Below, piece by piece: positions 38,388 to 50,200 of a stretch of 64,000 nucleotides of DNA. How positions within the stretch are numbered: the first letter of the stretch is position 1; every line of letters begins with the position of its first letter. The notes under the pieces were generated by a model. The model was not told the DNA's origin and did not search any database. It was given only the letters and a program-made list of their open reading frames with translations. Origin of the DNA: Raillietiella orientalis. Its lineage: Eukaryota. The stretch spans positions 6,634,001 to 6,698,000 of the forward strand of contig JAYWIR010000001.1 in the NCBI GenBank assembly GCA_036172245.1, given 5' to 3'. A program made the position numbers and the translations under genes.

Positions 38388-40100
38388 CCCTTTGAGTGCT
38401 ATGGACGCATAGATGCGTCCGACGAAAGCTGTAAGCGTGCGTTATGGACGCATCTATGCGTCTGGCAAATGTTTTTACCATGTACTGGTGACGTAAGTTG
38501 ACACGGTCCATGTTTGAGATGGACCCATGCACTTACGTTCTTGTAATTACCTTAGCAACGACAGCAAACAAAATTCTATTTATATCGGCTAACTATTCTC
38601 GGTTTTATTCTCGGTGTCGCTTGGAATTTATTATATTGTTTTTCCTCTTTGTGATATCTTTTCGAATGAGTTATTGAGTTTATTGGAATTATAATTTTCC
38701 AATGAATAATATAAGTTTGGGAAAAATGGAAATATTTGACTTAATGCGGTGTAAATAAACAATTACAATAGTAACTTTAATCAGCACTTTATAAAGTCGA
38801 TGGGTACCTCAACGGAGCACGTGGTACGAGAAAAAGCATTCCGTCCACAGAGGTCTCCACTGCGACTCGCGCGCCGTCAACACACAAAACGAGATGAACT
38901 CCACACTCAAAGGGTTGAAAGAAGAAACACAAAAACAGAGGAACTTTCCTCTGGCCGTCGGCTTCCATCCGTGTCTGGCACGTGTAGCGCATGTTCGGAG
39001 GGGTTTTCGACAATTTCCACAGCCCAACCGGAAGCTTACTGATGATAGCTCAGGCTCAAAGCTCCTCAGTGCGTGTCTAAGATGTTCTGAATGTTGCCCC
39101 ACGCAACTGCCCTCATGTTTTCCGCCACCTTTCGCGGAGGACCTCGGAGTCGCTGAGCACCTCGCTGTTCTTTGGGTCTCAGGCACCCAGGTCATTCCTC
39201 CACCAGTGCTGTCAATGAGGCTCCTACTCCTCCGTCGGCAGAAGGGTGGAAGCATTTCTTTGCCACGATTCTTCCAATGCTGCTGCTGGGTCTTCGTATG
39301 CCTCGACTTCCGCACTGGAGCTCTCGGTCCGGGCGGAGACTCAAGTCTTCTGCCGCGTTCAGGTGGCTCGAAGCCACGCGCTCCCGTTTTCCGTGAGCCA
39401 CTTTCTAGGTCAGGTCGGCCGAACGACGACGTCTCTTCGCAATGGAGGTGAAGTTCCACACGTAGCCGCAAGGAGTTCTCTCACTGAGTCTCGCTGCTGC
39501 ATTTCACGTCGCAGGTCTACCCGGAACCTTCCTTCCCATTTGAGCGCACGGGTGCTTCAGGTTTGCTCACCTGATCGGATCCAGGGAGACTCGCGACCCC
39601 TCAGCAGAGCGGGAGGTCCTGGCATGACTCCTCTCGCCTCTGCGCCAGCAACTCGACCGATCCACGCAAACTCTGTCCACGTTCGTTGCCACCGGCAACT
39701 TGTGTTCACACCACGTGCACGGGTCGCCGTCATGAAGTAGAGTTGGCTTCGGGAAGGCCAATTCTCAACACCTGGAATACTCCGCTCCTGTCTGTCCTTC
39801 CTCCCCACGATCAAGCTGATGTCCACGGGGCTTCCGGGCTCTTCGATTCAGGGACCTCGTCGGAACGGAAACTGGCTTTGTGAAAGCCCGCTGGACGAGA
39901 ATGAGGCACCGACAGCATCCGGCGCAACCGGGAGTTTCGAAAAATTCCTGGGAGATTCCGAGATTCCGAGATCTTTGCATGTCTTTGCCGCATCTTCGCT
40001 GCGTCAGTCGATACGGCTGCTTCCCCCCAGTGTCTCTCTTTGTCTTCTCAAAACGTCCAAAGGTCATCGTCGCGCGCACTGGGGTGCGTGCAGGAAGAAC
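38388..40100 (-). mobile_element. Second piggyBac-family remnant with preserved terminus
   Basis: TTTA|CCCTTTGAGTG end at 38388 and ACGCA/TGCGT palindromes at 38403-38420 and 38446-38463. Minus-strand motifs FFETPG, CGYVWNF, GGVGAS, SFRL, PLWTECFFSYH. Confidence 0.7.
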
Positions 40101-40739
40101 GCAGGGTTCCCACGTTTCAACGAAACGGCAGGAAGGAATTACGCAACTGCTCTTTCGTCTGTCAACAGACACGCCAATGCCGAAAGGGATCGGGCAACGG
40201 AGTCCCCTGATTACGAAGTGGGGGTGGGGTACTTAAGGGGGCATGCGTGCGTGAGAGCTGCGTGCATCTTGTGCATGCGGGAGGAATCAAGTGGCTAAGG
40301 GAACCAGAGCAAGCTAAGGGGCGCTCGTGGGTATTCGAAGGTCTCCAGAAGAGAAAACGTTCCGTTTTCTGGATACTTTGATCTGCAGTCTCCGCGTTCT
40401 GGAGCCCTCGCCCCCGGAAGAAATTTCAGTTCACATGGTGCCCTGCGGAGAAATTCCCTGTTAGATCGCGTCGAATTTGCGCTCCTCGCGAACTCTCTCT
40501 AGTGAAAGCTGGAAGCCACTTCAGGAACTCATCCACTTCCAGTTGATCGCCCCAGCTTCTAGGTTCCATCTGATCGCGCGCTTTTATAGCTGTTTTTCTC
40601 TCTGCTCGGTTGAAATCTGCTCTTTTTGTTTCCTTCTGTTCTCGAGGAGCACGGAAAGACTTTTCGCCTCCTCAGAGGGGAGGGATCACAGAGCGCTTCA
40701 AACACTGTCCACGCCACTCGAGAGTGTGGGTGTTGCTTC

Positions 40740-41065
40740 AGCTGGGGAGAGGCTCCTGAGGGGCCCACCTTATGAATCCACGAAGGTTTAGAGGAAATCC
40801 GTTCTTCCTTCGCTTGCTAGGGAATTCCGAAGATGATGCCTTCCTTAGTTTCCCTGGAAGGACCCCTGGTTTGTGGGAGCCTCTCCCTCTTCGCTCTCCG
40901 AAGAGAACATGGAAGGGATCTCTTCCTCTGAAGAGAATTCTAAGGGAGCGCTTCCAAATTTCACTGGAGGGAGCGAAGATCAACTTCCAATCCCGGCCAG
41001 TCAACGAGGGCACCCGGTTTCTGATCTCCACATGTGCCACACCCGAATAGAGGCCAACCGGAGTC
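40740..41065 (-). mobile_element. Repeat family X copy 4 (partial, no head)
   Basis: CTTATGAATCCA..TCCGTTCTT..TCTCCGAAGAGAAC..TGTGCCACACCCGAATAG, colinear with copy 1. Confidence 0.7.
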
Positions 41066-41149
41066 ATATTGCGGCGTCATCTTGTCAATATGCTCTTCTT
41101 TTTTTTTTTTAAGAAATCTGTTGCATTGAAGCCGGACATCTCCCTTTAG

Positions 41150-42100
41150 TTGGTAGCCCATAGCAACGATCGCCGTCCTGATGTTTGTTGCTCTGCACAT
41201 TGGAATTCATTTTCAACTCAACGGAACAAATGGGTGCACCCAGAGAAACGGACATGCTCAGCAGGGAAATTCAGCCCTGCTGAGCCCGCGGAGATATTCA
41301 GACGTGTCAAAAGCGGAAGCTGCTCGTGAACTTCTGGTTTGGCCTTCGACCGCAAACTGTACGCAGGTCCATGACCGTGCAGGAGTACGGCACGCAGGGG
41401 AAACCACGTTTTTGTTACGTGGGTGGGTATCGAAGGAGCTCCTGGACGAAAGGATCATTGGTAGGTCAGCGGAGATCCGGGCTGCTGTCAATTATGATTT
41501 GATTTTAGATTTGACGCAGAGGACAAGATGCTGTCAGAATGGCCTTTTTTGTTTTGTTTTGTTTTTGTCCCACTGTAGATGGACTGTGGATCCAAAATTT
41601 CGCATGCTAATGAAAGCACCGACAGTATGGGATTCTCGCTAACCTGTTGCCAACATTTGAAATTCTTGCCTGCCTTTCTGCACCTTTTTCGAGACGTTTC
41701 TCGTCCATCGTAGTGGGTGTCCTTCTTCTTCCGACATACATCCCCTTGACATCTTGTTCTCCTCTCTTCAAAAGGACTCATGTCTTTGTCATCCTGAGGG
41801 ACAGAAAGTCTTGAGAAGCACTCCACGAATCTATTTGACTGCTACAGAAACTTGAAGCTACTCCAGAATAACCGCTGTGCTGTAAAACTACTTTCAAAAG
41901 TCCAGAGAGATGAGAGTAACTTCGAAAACTGTGCTGCTTGAGGGAAAAGTGATGCAGCTGTTCAGCTCTTGCAATCAAACACCTCAGACGTATTCTCAAG
42001 ATCCAAGTGTGAAGGAAAAGACCGAAAAGGGTGATGAACGCAGAAATGTTATTTCTGTGGAGTGCGAGGCAGAAGCAGCATCATTATCTTTGTAAGATGT
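41150..42100 (+). pseudogene. Maverick major capsid protein remnant (copy 2, element F)
   Basis: FQLNG, RYSDVSK..LLVW, SAEIRAAVNYDL..Q..NG, FRMLM, PAFLHLFRDV, TPRIYL, VISVECE, colinear with the MCP consensus. Confidence 0.6.
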
Positions 42101-42282
42101 CTTTTATAATAATAGTGACGCTTATAAAAAGTATCAGGAAAGCGTGCTTTATTTGCTGTAATAAATGAATGAGTTATCCACGTTTATTCATTATTACAGA
42201 GCCGTTCATGATTGAAAGGACAGGATCGCTCTTGCATTTCAGGAGGGCCTTTTTTAGTGAGGGGACTGAGAATTCAGCCTGT

Positions 42283-42620
42283 TCATATCCGTGAGCATTG
42301 CCAGCTCACTGAGATCAATCCAGCATCCAGTTTTTGAATGCTCTTGAATGGAATTATTGAGCTGGCATTTCCACTTACCCATATGATGAAATCATTCAGT
42401 GATGACTCTGCTGTATGCGTACAAGCTATTCTTTGCTGAAACGCTCTACTGCTTTTCCTGCTGTATGAATTTTGGTTAGTGGAAGTGTGGACACCGGGCC
42501 ATCTCAAGTTTACAAAGCAGCTTTTGCTTCCTTCCCCATTTTTCCAGCTTACCGTATCCATAACGATGCATAAGTGCTGTTCCAACGGGAGCACGCCGAG
42601 GCGTCCATTCATAGCAAGCA
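42283..42620 (-). pseudogene. Maverick protease remnant (element F)
   Basis: ORF 42283-42651: LGVLPLEQ...CFVNL..PGVH (FxGVFPxD..IVN..PGxHW) ...SIQ. Confidence 0.55.
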
Positions 42621-42799
42621 GGCAACTTACATCCACGTGCCTTGCAGGCACGGTTCGCGGAACGCTGACACGTCAGCAGCCGAGAGAAAAGCGCGCGCAG
42701 TGAGCAGCCGCTGAGGGAACGATGGAGGGGAAATATACGCACGTACATACGATATAGGAAAACACAAATCGGGCACAAACGTCTCCGGAAAAAAAAAGG

Positions 42800-44000
42800 G
42801 AGTCAGAAGAAAAAACTTCCTTATGGACTTCCCGCAATCCGGGCTGCGATCCCTTTGATTTCGGAGCGAGGATGAAGTCGCCTTGCTGCCCCCCGCATTG
42901 TGGATTGAATGAAGCGTGCGACCGCTCTGCGATGCTGCTCTTCACCGCCGCATGGCGGTCAGCACATGCTGTACGCAGCGTCGCCAGCGCCCAGCGGTCA
43001 AGATTTCCTTGGCAGTGTGAAGAACCGCCGCAGAAGACACCGAGGGAAGTCCCCTGCGTGGGCTGGTGCGACTCGTTGCTATTCTCTGCGGAAGATCCCA
43101 GGAGCAGGTGCGGGCTGTCGAATCGTCCCGCTTCCGGTACGGCTTGCCTCCGGTTCCGCAGTGCCGGAGGAACTTTCCAACCAATTCTTTTTTCAATTAA
43201 CTGCGCCACACGAGGCGAGGAGCAGGACTGACGGACGGATAGCCTCATGAGGGGAGCGGTGTGAATGGAACACCACGAGGGGCGGAGGCTGTTCCAAAGA
43301 CCTCTCGCTTCCCTTCGAAGGATGAAGGTCTTGGCATCCCTACTCTGAAGAAGACGGAGCTGCATGGAGCTCTGGATGGTCGGAAACTGAACGGGGTATT
43401 GGAGTCTGATTGGAAAAGCACTATTGCCATCCTCTGCAGAAGAATAGGCAGTCCAAAAAAAAGAGGGAGGAGCAGCCGGATCGCCTGCAACTGGGACGAG
43501 TTGCCTCTCTTCCGGTGGTGCCGGCATTGGTTGCAGGGGAAACCGGAGAGCATGGAGGGTGCCTTCCCGCGCTGTCTTAGAGGGAGTAAGCGCTGAATCG
43601 TTCAGGAGAAGGTTGAGGACCACCAGTTCGTCCAGGGGGATCTCAAGGAGACCCGCTCGCCACAGCAGTCCTCAGGGCCGAACACGGTATCGCGGCTTCC
43701 GAAAGTTCTGGAGCCAACCATCCGCTTATCGGATTACCGATATAAGTATAGAAGCCGCTTCCGTTTCCGTAAATTCCCGCTTCTCACAAGATGGATTGCT
43801 CCAGATTCCGGCAGCATCTTCACAGCATCCACTGTGAGTCTCAAGGAAATTGCCGGGGATGAACGCGTTGGAGGCTGTGAACCTGTCCGCTGTGGACACA
43901 CTGCAGAGAGTGGAGGGAGCGTGATTTTCCCGCAAGCATCTGTGAGTTCCTGGAACTGGAGGAACGCATTTCCGCGCCCCGGGGAATGGTAGAAATCAAT
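42800..44000 (+). mobile_element. Old LINE RT/C-terminal remnant
   Basis: CGLNEACDRSAMLLF (GxRQGCPLSxLLF) and FPSKDEGLGIPTL (LPxxxGGLGIP). Confidence 0.55.
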
Positions 44001-44689
44001 TTCTGTAAACATCGGGCTTTCGAGAGATGCTGAGGAATCATTCCGCACTTGCTTGGGGCTTCCTCAGACAACAAAGCCGCATGGTTTCGTTGTGGCTGCT
44101 TGCACAGAGTAAATTCCTCACTAATTGAGTTGCATGGGTCTCCTTTAAGAGATTTAGCAACAGATCGAGGAAGGACTGCTTCGATGAAGATCAGTTTCCG
44201 GGTGTTTTTGCGTTTTTGTGGTGCTATTGGTCTGCAAGAGCGGTGAAGATACAATGTAAAAATCGTTTCTTCCATCGCGTGTTGTCTTCACGTCACACCG
44301 AAAATGATTCATATCGATCACACTTTCCGAGAAGACCTCTGCAACTATGTAATACTTTTCGATGAGGAAGTACAGAGCTCCCTGCAGAGAAAACAACATG
44401 GCCTCCGGTAAGAGCTTTGGACGATTTTCGGAAATGTTTGCCTTCTGCCTATTTGAAACGCCCCCCAAGAAATCGCCTGGTTGACTAATGGCTGTTTCCC
44501 CGCTACCAGGAACCCTCCCTTTTAATGGCAAGTTTTACCGGAACCGGTGATAAAAATTCATAACTGCTTCCTTTAATCTCTTTTCCTGCTCACGAGATAA
44601 GCATCATCATCACCAATTAAGTGGCTGCATTTTCACAGTTCCCACATTTTCTCCCTGGTAGCAATGAATCATCAAGTTGCTGGTTGGTA

Positions 44690-45420
44690 TTCACAGCCCT
44701 CGATTCCAGAAAAACTTCACGCACTTCGACTGGACTCTGTCGTTCCGGGAAATTTCCAGAGGCATTCTAGCCGTTCCTCGTTCTGCGTAAGTTTCCTTCT
44801 CTTCAGACGGAAATTCGAAATATCGAGGGTTCGACAGATACAGCCTGGCTGGAGGCCGAGTTTCGAGGCGATGCAGGAGGCGGACCCAGAATGAGGCTGC
44901 TCGGAAAGCCCGAACAAATCTTTGCACTAGTGGAAACACTTTGCCGAAGACAGCAAGGTGTTCTTGCTGCAACCGTTTCCATCAATTCTGATCGCTAAGT
45001 GTTACTGAAACAGTCAGACCATGTAGACGTGAGATTCTGTGATTGTGCTTCCGTTTTAGAGTTCATCCGCAATCTCCGAGTTTCGATTCCGCGTGGAAAA
45101 TGGCGACTGAAAAGCACGTGGATCAACTTCCGTCCTTGTGGTTGGGACGTGCACTGCTCGGTTCCGCGATTTCACCAGCGTTCCAGGATGGTGTGCCGAC
45201 TCGAGTTTAAGAAACAGATCTCCAACGGAAAGCGAAGCTGCCTCGTCGGATCGTTGCATCAGCAGAGATTTTTCGACAGGGAGAACCCTGATGTACCGAA
45301 CTGAATTTGGCTCCTCGGTCCATGACTTCTCTACTTGCACGCACCAGGCTTCCGGATGCCGGGTCGCACCTTGAGAAAAGACGCAAACACATCTCCTGTA
45401 AGTGTCCTGTGAGGCATCTT
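44690..45420 (-). pseudogene. Maverick integrase C-terminus followed by a protease remnant (element G)
   Basis: GSLVRASRE (GDxVRISR) and SWTEE (NWTxE) at ~45370-45300. Downstream: VFGKVFP...RYF...RVQSK at 44970-44700. Confidence 0.45.
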
Positions 45421-45539
45421 GTTAGGTTAGGTACGAGGCGCATTCCAAATGTAAGGGAAGAACAGATAAGAGAAACAAAGATGTATTCGTGGTTCGAAAC
45501 ACGTACACGTCCATGCCATTTTTCTAGTCATCATTTTTT

Positions 45540-45995
45540 TTTCAAGCACTTTTGATACCGTGGAAGCTTTTTGAACTCATCTGCATAAAACTCCGCCGCC
45601 TGGGAGTTCAGCCAATTCAGCAGCACTGCCGTCTTCAACTTCTCCCTTTCCCCCTCGAATCGTTGAGCCGCTTCTTGAGGTGCAGGGAGACGCGGTAGTC
45701 ACTGGGTGCGAGATCTGGACCATGAGGTGGATGATCAAAAAGTTCCCATGAGAATTTCTGAATTGTCTGGAATGTGCGAACAGCATGTGTTTCCAAGGCA
45801 CTCGCTGTCGTGAAGGAGAAAAACAATTCCTGATTTCAGCATTGCGCGTCGTCGGTTCTGAATGGCACGCCGCAGTTTTGAAAGCGTTCCTACGCAGTGG
45901 ACTTGCGAAGTGATGGTTGTTCCAGGCTCCATAAAGTACACCAAAAGCGCACCTTTATGATCCCACCACACACTGCTGTCTGCACATTCCATACA
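45540..45995 (-). mobile_element. mariner transposase DDD-domain fragment
   Basis: VWWDHKGALLVYFMEPGTTITS..TLSKLRRAIQNRR..LLHD and WELFDHPPHGPDLAPSDY (frameshifted). Confidence 0.92.
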
Positions 45996-46019
45996 ATTCA
46001 GAAATTCAAATGGGGACTT

Positions 46020-47229
46020 TTGATCTAGAGACGCTCGTAGGTGATGACGGCCATCGCAAACGGCTACACCCTGCGTTCATTCTAGCGGCCGCCACTTCTC
46101 GCTCCCTCGAGGCGCAGCATCCCCAGCGAGGTGGCCACTGCTGTCCCAGGGAAGACAAGCATTGTATCGGATGGGTCCAGCAGAGCAGCACCAGCAGTGA
46201 GCCTCCAGCCCCACTCCACCCCGCCCCTGGCCTTGCAGCACGTGAGGCAGGGTCGCCACGATCCCGCAGTGCGTGCGCGCCTCGGGCATGCTGCCCCCTG
46301 AGGCGGCGTGACGACCTTCCTCGCTTCGGGCACCAATCAGATAACAGTGTTGCTAATGGGGAGGCAGGACGAAGATGCTCACCGGGAAGACCGGAAGTTC
46401 TCTCGGGAAACGCGGGCGAACTCCGCCCATATTTGCGTTGTTCTCGGGCGTGGCGACGCGAGCCAGCCGAGACATTCGCCCTCGAGCGATGTGCTCAGAG
46501 AACTTCGCGAGTAGAAGGTCGCCTCTGCTTCCTTAATCCTTTCGTCGATTCGCTGGGAGGTGGATGGTGTTCTGCAGTGCACGCACCGGTGTCGGGTCAG
46601 ACCTCCCACGGTAATACGAACGCTACCCTACTGCTACCACCCCGCATGGGATCATTTCGCCCCTTTCGTATGCAGGCAACGATGGTCGCAAATGTCTCTC
46701 GGGAATAGCAGCCACACCCTACTTTCCGTGCGGCGGCCACTGTTCCTCGAAACACCCGAGGACAAAGCGCAGGCTTCCAGCAGTCCCCACCCTCCTCGCG
46801 AGACCGGGCCGTCCCTCCCCATCTAGGACTTCCTCACTGGTCGTCTCCCGTCGCAGTGTCCCCGCTGCTGCCAACTGCCAGTTCCTCCCCCTTCGCTCCC
46901 TCCTTCACCACCAATAAAACGGGAGCTCGTGTTCACCTGCGACCACTCCATCCGTCAAGCAGCAGGGAGCGACAGGATCATGGTCGCCCGGAACGACAAC
47001 CCCTGCCGAGGAGGAACCTAGCAGCAGAAGCGGTACTCTGCAGCGACGCCGCCCCCGCGTCAGGCTCCCACGCAGCAGAGAATTACCGACCACTTCCCAG
47101 TCCAACATCCAGGACGTCTCCGATCCGGCAGTCCTCCCGCCCTTTCTCTTCCGGACGCCCGCTCGCCACCGCAGCATCCACCAGGCCTTCCGGACGCGGG
47201 ATGTCCCGCTCATCCCAACTTCGCTTCTC
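46020..47229 (+). mobile_element. DIRS-like tyrosine-recombinase retrotransposon remnant, left part
   Basis: VMTAIANGYTL..RPP (RT N-terminus), FVDSLGGGWCS..SGQ and TMVANV (RNase H DASxxGWG, TVVAY), RIMVA (methyltransferase-like domain). Confidence 0.55.
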
Positions 47230-50200
47230 ACCCGGGTGCGCCGGGGAGTTTATTCTTTCGAACAAAACAAGTCGAGAGTCTGTGGCTCAACCAGTGGTCC
47301 AGCCACGCGCGAACAAACAATACCAAGCCTGCAGGGTCACCGATTCGCAGACCGGTACGGTCCACCACGACAGCAGAGGGGGTAGGGACAAAACAAAAAT
47401 AAAAAAACAATATCTGGGGGGCACGGGAAGGGATCACAGTCTGCTGGGGGGGGGGGGGCGTTACATTCTTTCTAGAATGCCTGCAAGCTCTTGTTTCATT
47501 GGTGTGTCCAGGTGGGCCCATCCTGTCTCCATCCTCATAAATTCGGCGGCGCATAGGACGGCACACTTATCACGGGGTCCTCCCATTGCCTTGCTCCATG
47601 AGGCAACAATCCCGCGTAGGCAGCACAGAGCTGCTAACGAGGCCGCAGGCCGGAGGGCGTCGCAAACGGAAAGGGTCCCTGGGGTTGCCTCAGGGGATCC
47701 CGATGGCCGCGGCAAAGCTGTTCCAAAGGAGCCGAAGAGCAACACAATCCACTAACAGGTGGGAGTGGGGGACTCACGCTCGCCACACAGTAAACAATTC
47801 GGGTAGACCGATCCCAGTGTCCAGTGGTGCCGGCGGGCGTTGCAAGGGAGTCCCCAGTGCAGCACCATGAACGCGGACTGTCACTTCAATGGGAGGGTGC
47901 GGGTGTTCATCAGCACCGGGGGCCCCTTCAGTTGTTCCGGCGGTACATCCAGCAGCTCGCCCAAGCTCAAAAGTCCAATAGGGGTGGTAATCTGGGCCGC
48001 AGCATCGCACAGTCTGCCCATTTTCCATTCTCCGATCCTCTTCTCTGTACCGGAGTTTTTTGCAAAAACTTCCCATGCCCTCGCGGTGTTGCTGCCCAGA
48101 GGTCCATGAGGGAAGGCAGCACTGCAGCGAAGGAAGTTCTTCCTGCCCACACACTTTTTGCGGGGTTCTCCAGGACCTCCCGAGGCGGTCGTTGCGCGCA
48201 AACAGCTGCCTTCGCTCTTGTTCGGCTCGCTGCTCATTGCTCCTCGTCCATGCGTATATGGTTTCCTGCAGCCAGGCGGTTCCGTTAACTGGACGACAAG
48301 AGAGCCATCCCACGTTCTTCCTCATCAAATCAGCCACTCTCCGCAGCTGCAAATCGCAGAGGCCGACTTGGCGGCGACGACGGAGCTCAAGAAAGGAAGA
48401 CAGTCCCACCTTGCCGGTGGCCTGCTTGACGAGGAGGAGTGCAGGATCGCACCAGGTGGTGCTCCAAGACTTCGCCCCTAGAGCGAGTGACTGAAACTGG
48501 AGCTGAAGCTCCAGCCGCTCCAGAGTCAAGAGGCCGAGACCGCCTTTCCGACGCGGAGCGCTTAGGTCCACAAGCCGGACTCGGGCCCTCCCTCTGCCCC
48601 ACAGGGCAAACCTTAGGAGGTCCTTCGTCCGCTTTTTTGTCTCTGCAGTGGGGGGACAAACAAAAAGTAGGGAACGGAGGAGGGGAGCCACGAACGCGTT
48701 CCACACCGCCGCCCGTTCCGGCAGGAAAAAACTGCCACCTTGGAACAGGTCGATCGTCGTCTCTACCTTCTGAAGGCAGCTGGACCACGCATCCAAAGGG
48801 AGATAATTTCCCAACGGTACACTGAGGTACTTAAAGTGCCGGAACGTGGGGATCCTTACGCGGACCCAATCCTGTTGCCCTGCCCACGCCGCACCAACTG
48901 GCATTACGGACGACTTCGTCTTGTTCACCCTTAGCCCTGTTCCCCGACTTTGCAGGTCGAAGAACTCCTCGACCGCGGAAGCCGGGGTGGACATAGGGAG
49001 CAGCAGCAGAAGGATGTCCGCGTATGCCGAGACCGCAGGCGTACCGGGACAATCGCGCGGCAGGTGCGCCAGAGTCTCCCTGTACGCTCTCAGCACCAAT
49101 TCGAAATAGGCGCTGAAGAGCAAGGGGCTCGGGCTGTCTCCCTGCCGTATGCCGCATCGCACCGGTACGCCTTGTATGGTGTGTCCACTAAAAGGGATCG
49201 GGATTAGTGCGTCGCGCCAGCAGGAGCGCAGGTAGGCCATCAAAGAGTCCGGGAAGCCCAAGAGTTCCAGGAGCTCCAGCAGGAGCCTCTGGTCGATGCA
49301 GTCGAATGCTTTATGCAAATCGACCGCGACCGCGAAGGCTCCCTCCCCATCCCGACCATCCCATTCCCCAGTGACAGACGTTCCAGAATTTCGGTTGCCC
49401 ATCCTGCCCCTTACATGTTGGAGCGCGAACCAGGTGCTGGCGAGGAACAGGTTGGCATGCGTGTTTCGCCCGGGAACAGAGTATGTCTGCTCCGAGCTGA
49501 TGAAACTTTCTGCTAACTGCCCCAAACGCTCAGTCCACAACTTCGCCAGCAACTTGGCGTCCGCGTTTATCACGGTAATCGGCCGCCAGTTGCTCATGCT
49601 CCTCAGATCTCCTCCCTTAGGGAGGAGCCGCACCTTTGCCGAGCGAAACGAGTAGGGGCGTCTCCTGTCTCGAGGATCAGCAAGGGCAGTTTCTGTAGCA
49701 GGGGAATGAACTCTGCCGCAAAACATTGATAAAATTCCGCTGGCAGGCCGTCCTTCCCTGGAGCTTTACGCCTCTTGAGCTTACCGATGGCGGTGATGAT
49801 TTCACCCGCCGTGAAAGGCTCATTCTTTCTTCCTTCCCGAACGCAGGAGCGCCTTCCGGAAACAGGAGTCGCGCGACATCCCGATCTGGAGGCGCTCGCG
49901 CGTACAGGGAGGAGAAGAACTTCCTTATTATCCTTTTCACCTGTGCGGAAACCGAGTGCTTCCAGCCCTGCTCGTCCAGCAAGCTGGCCGACCCGGACCG
50001 CAAGGCTTGCCTCTCGGCTCTCACATGGTATTCTGCTAGCCTGAGTACGTCGGGATTCCTAACGTCGTAACGTCGAGCGTGTAAATACGCCCTCTCGTTA
50101 CGGACTCCTTCCCCAAACCCCGCAGGTAGGCAGTCCAGAGGGAACTGCTCGCAAAACTCCCGGACCGAGCGCTTGAAGCGATCCCAGTCCTGGAGCGTCT

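Noticed and set aside
44250-45000. hAT transposase (YLSNPRY)
   Set aside because: No convincing dimerisation motif. The integrase/protease reading fits more motifs.
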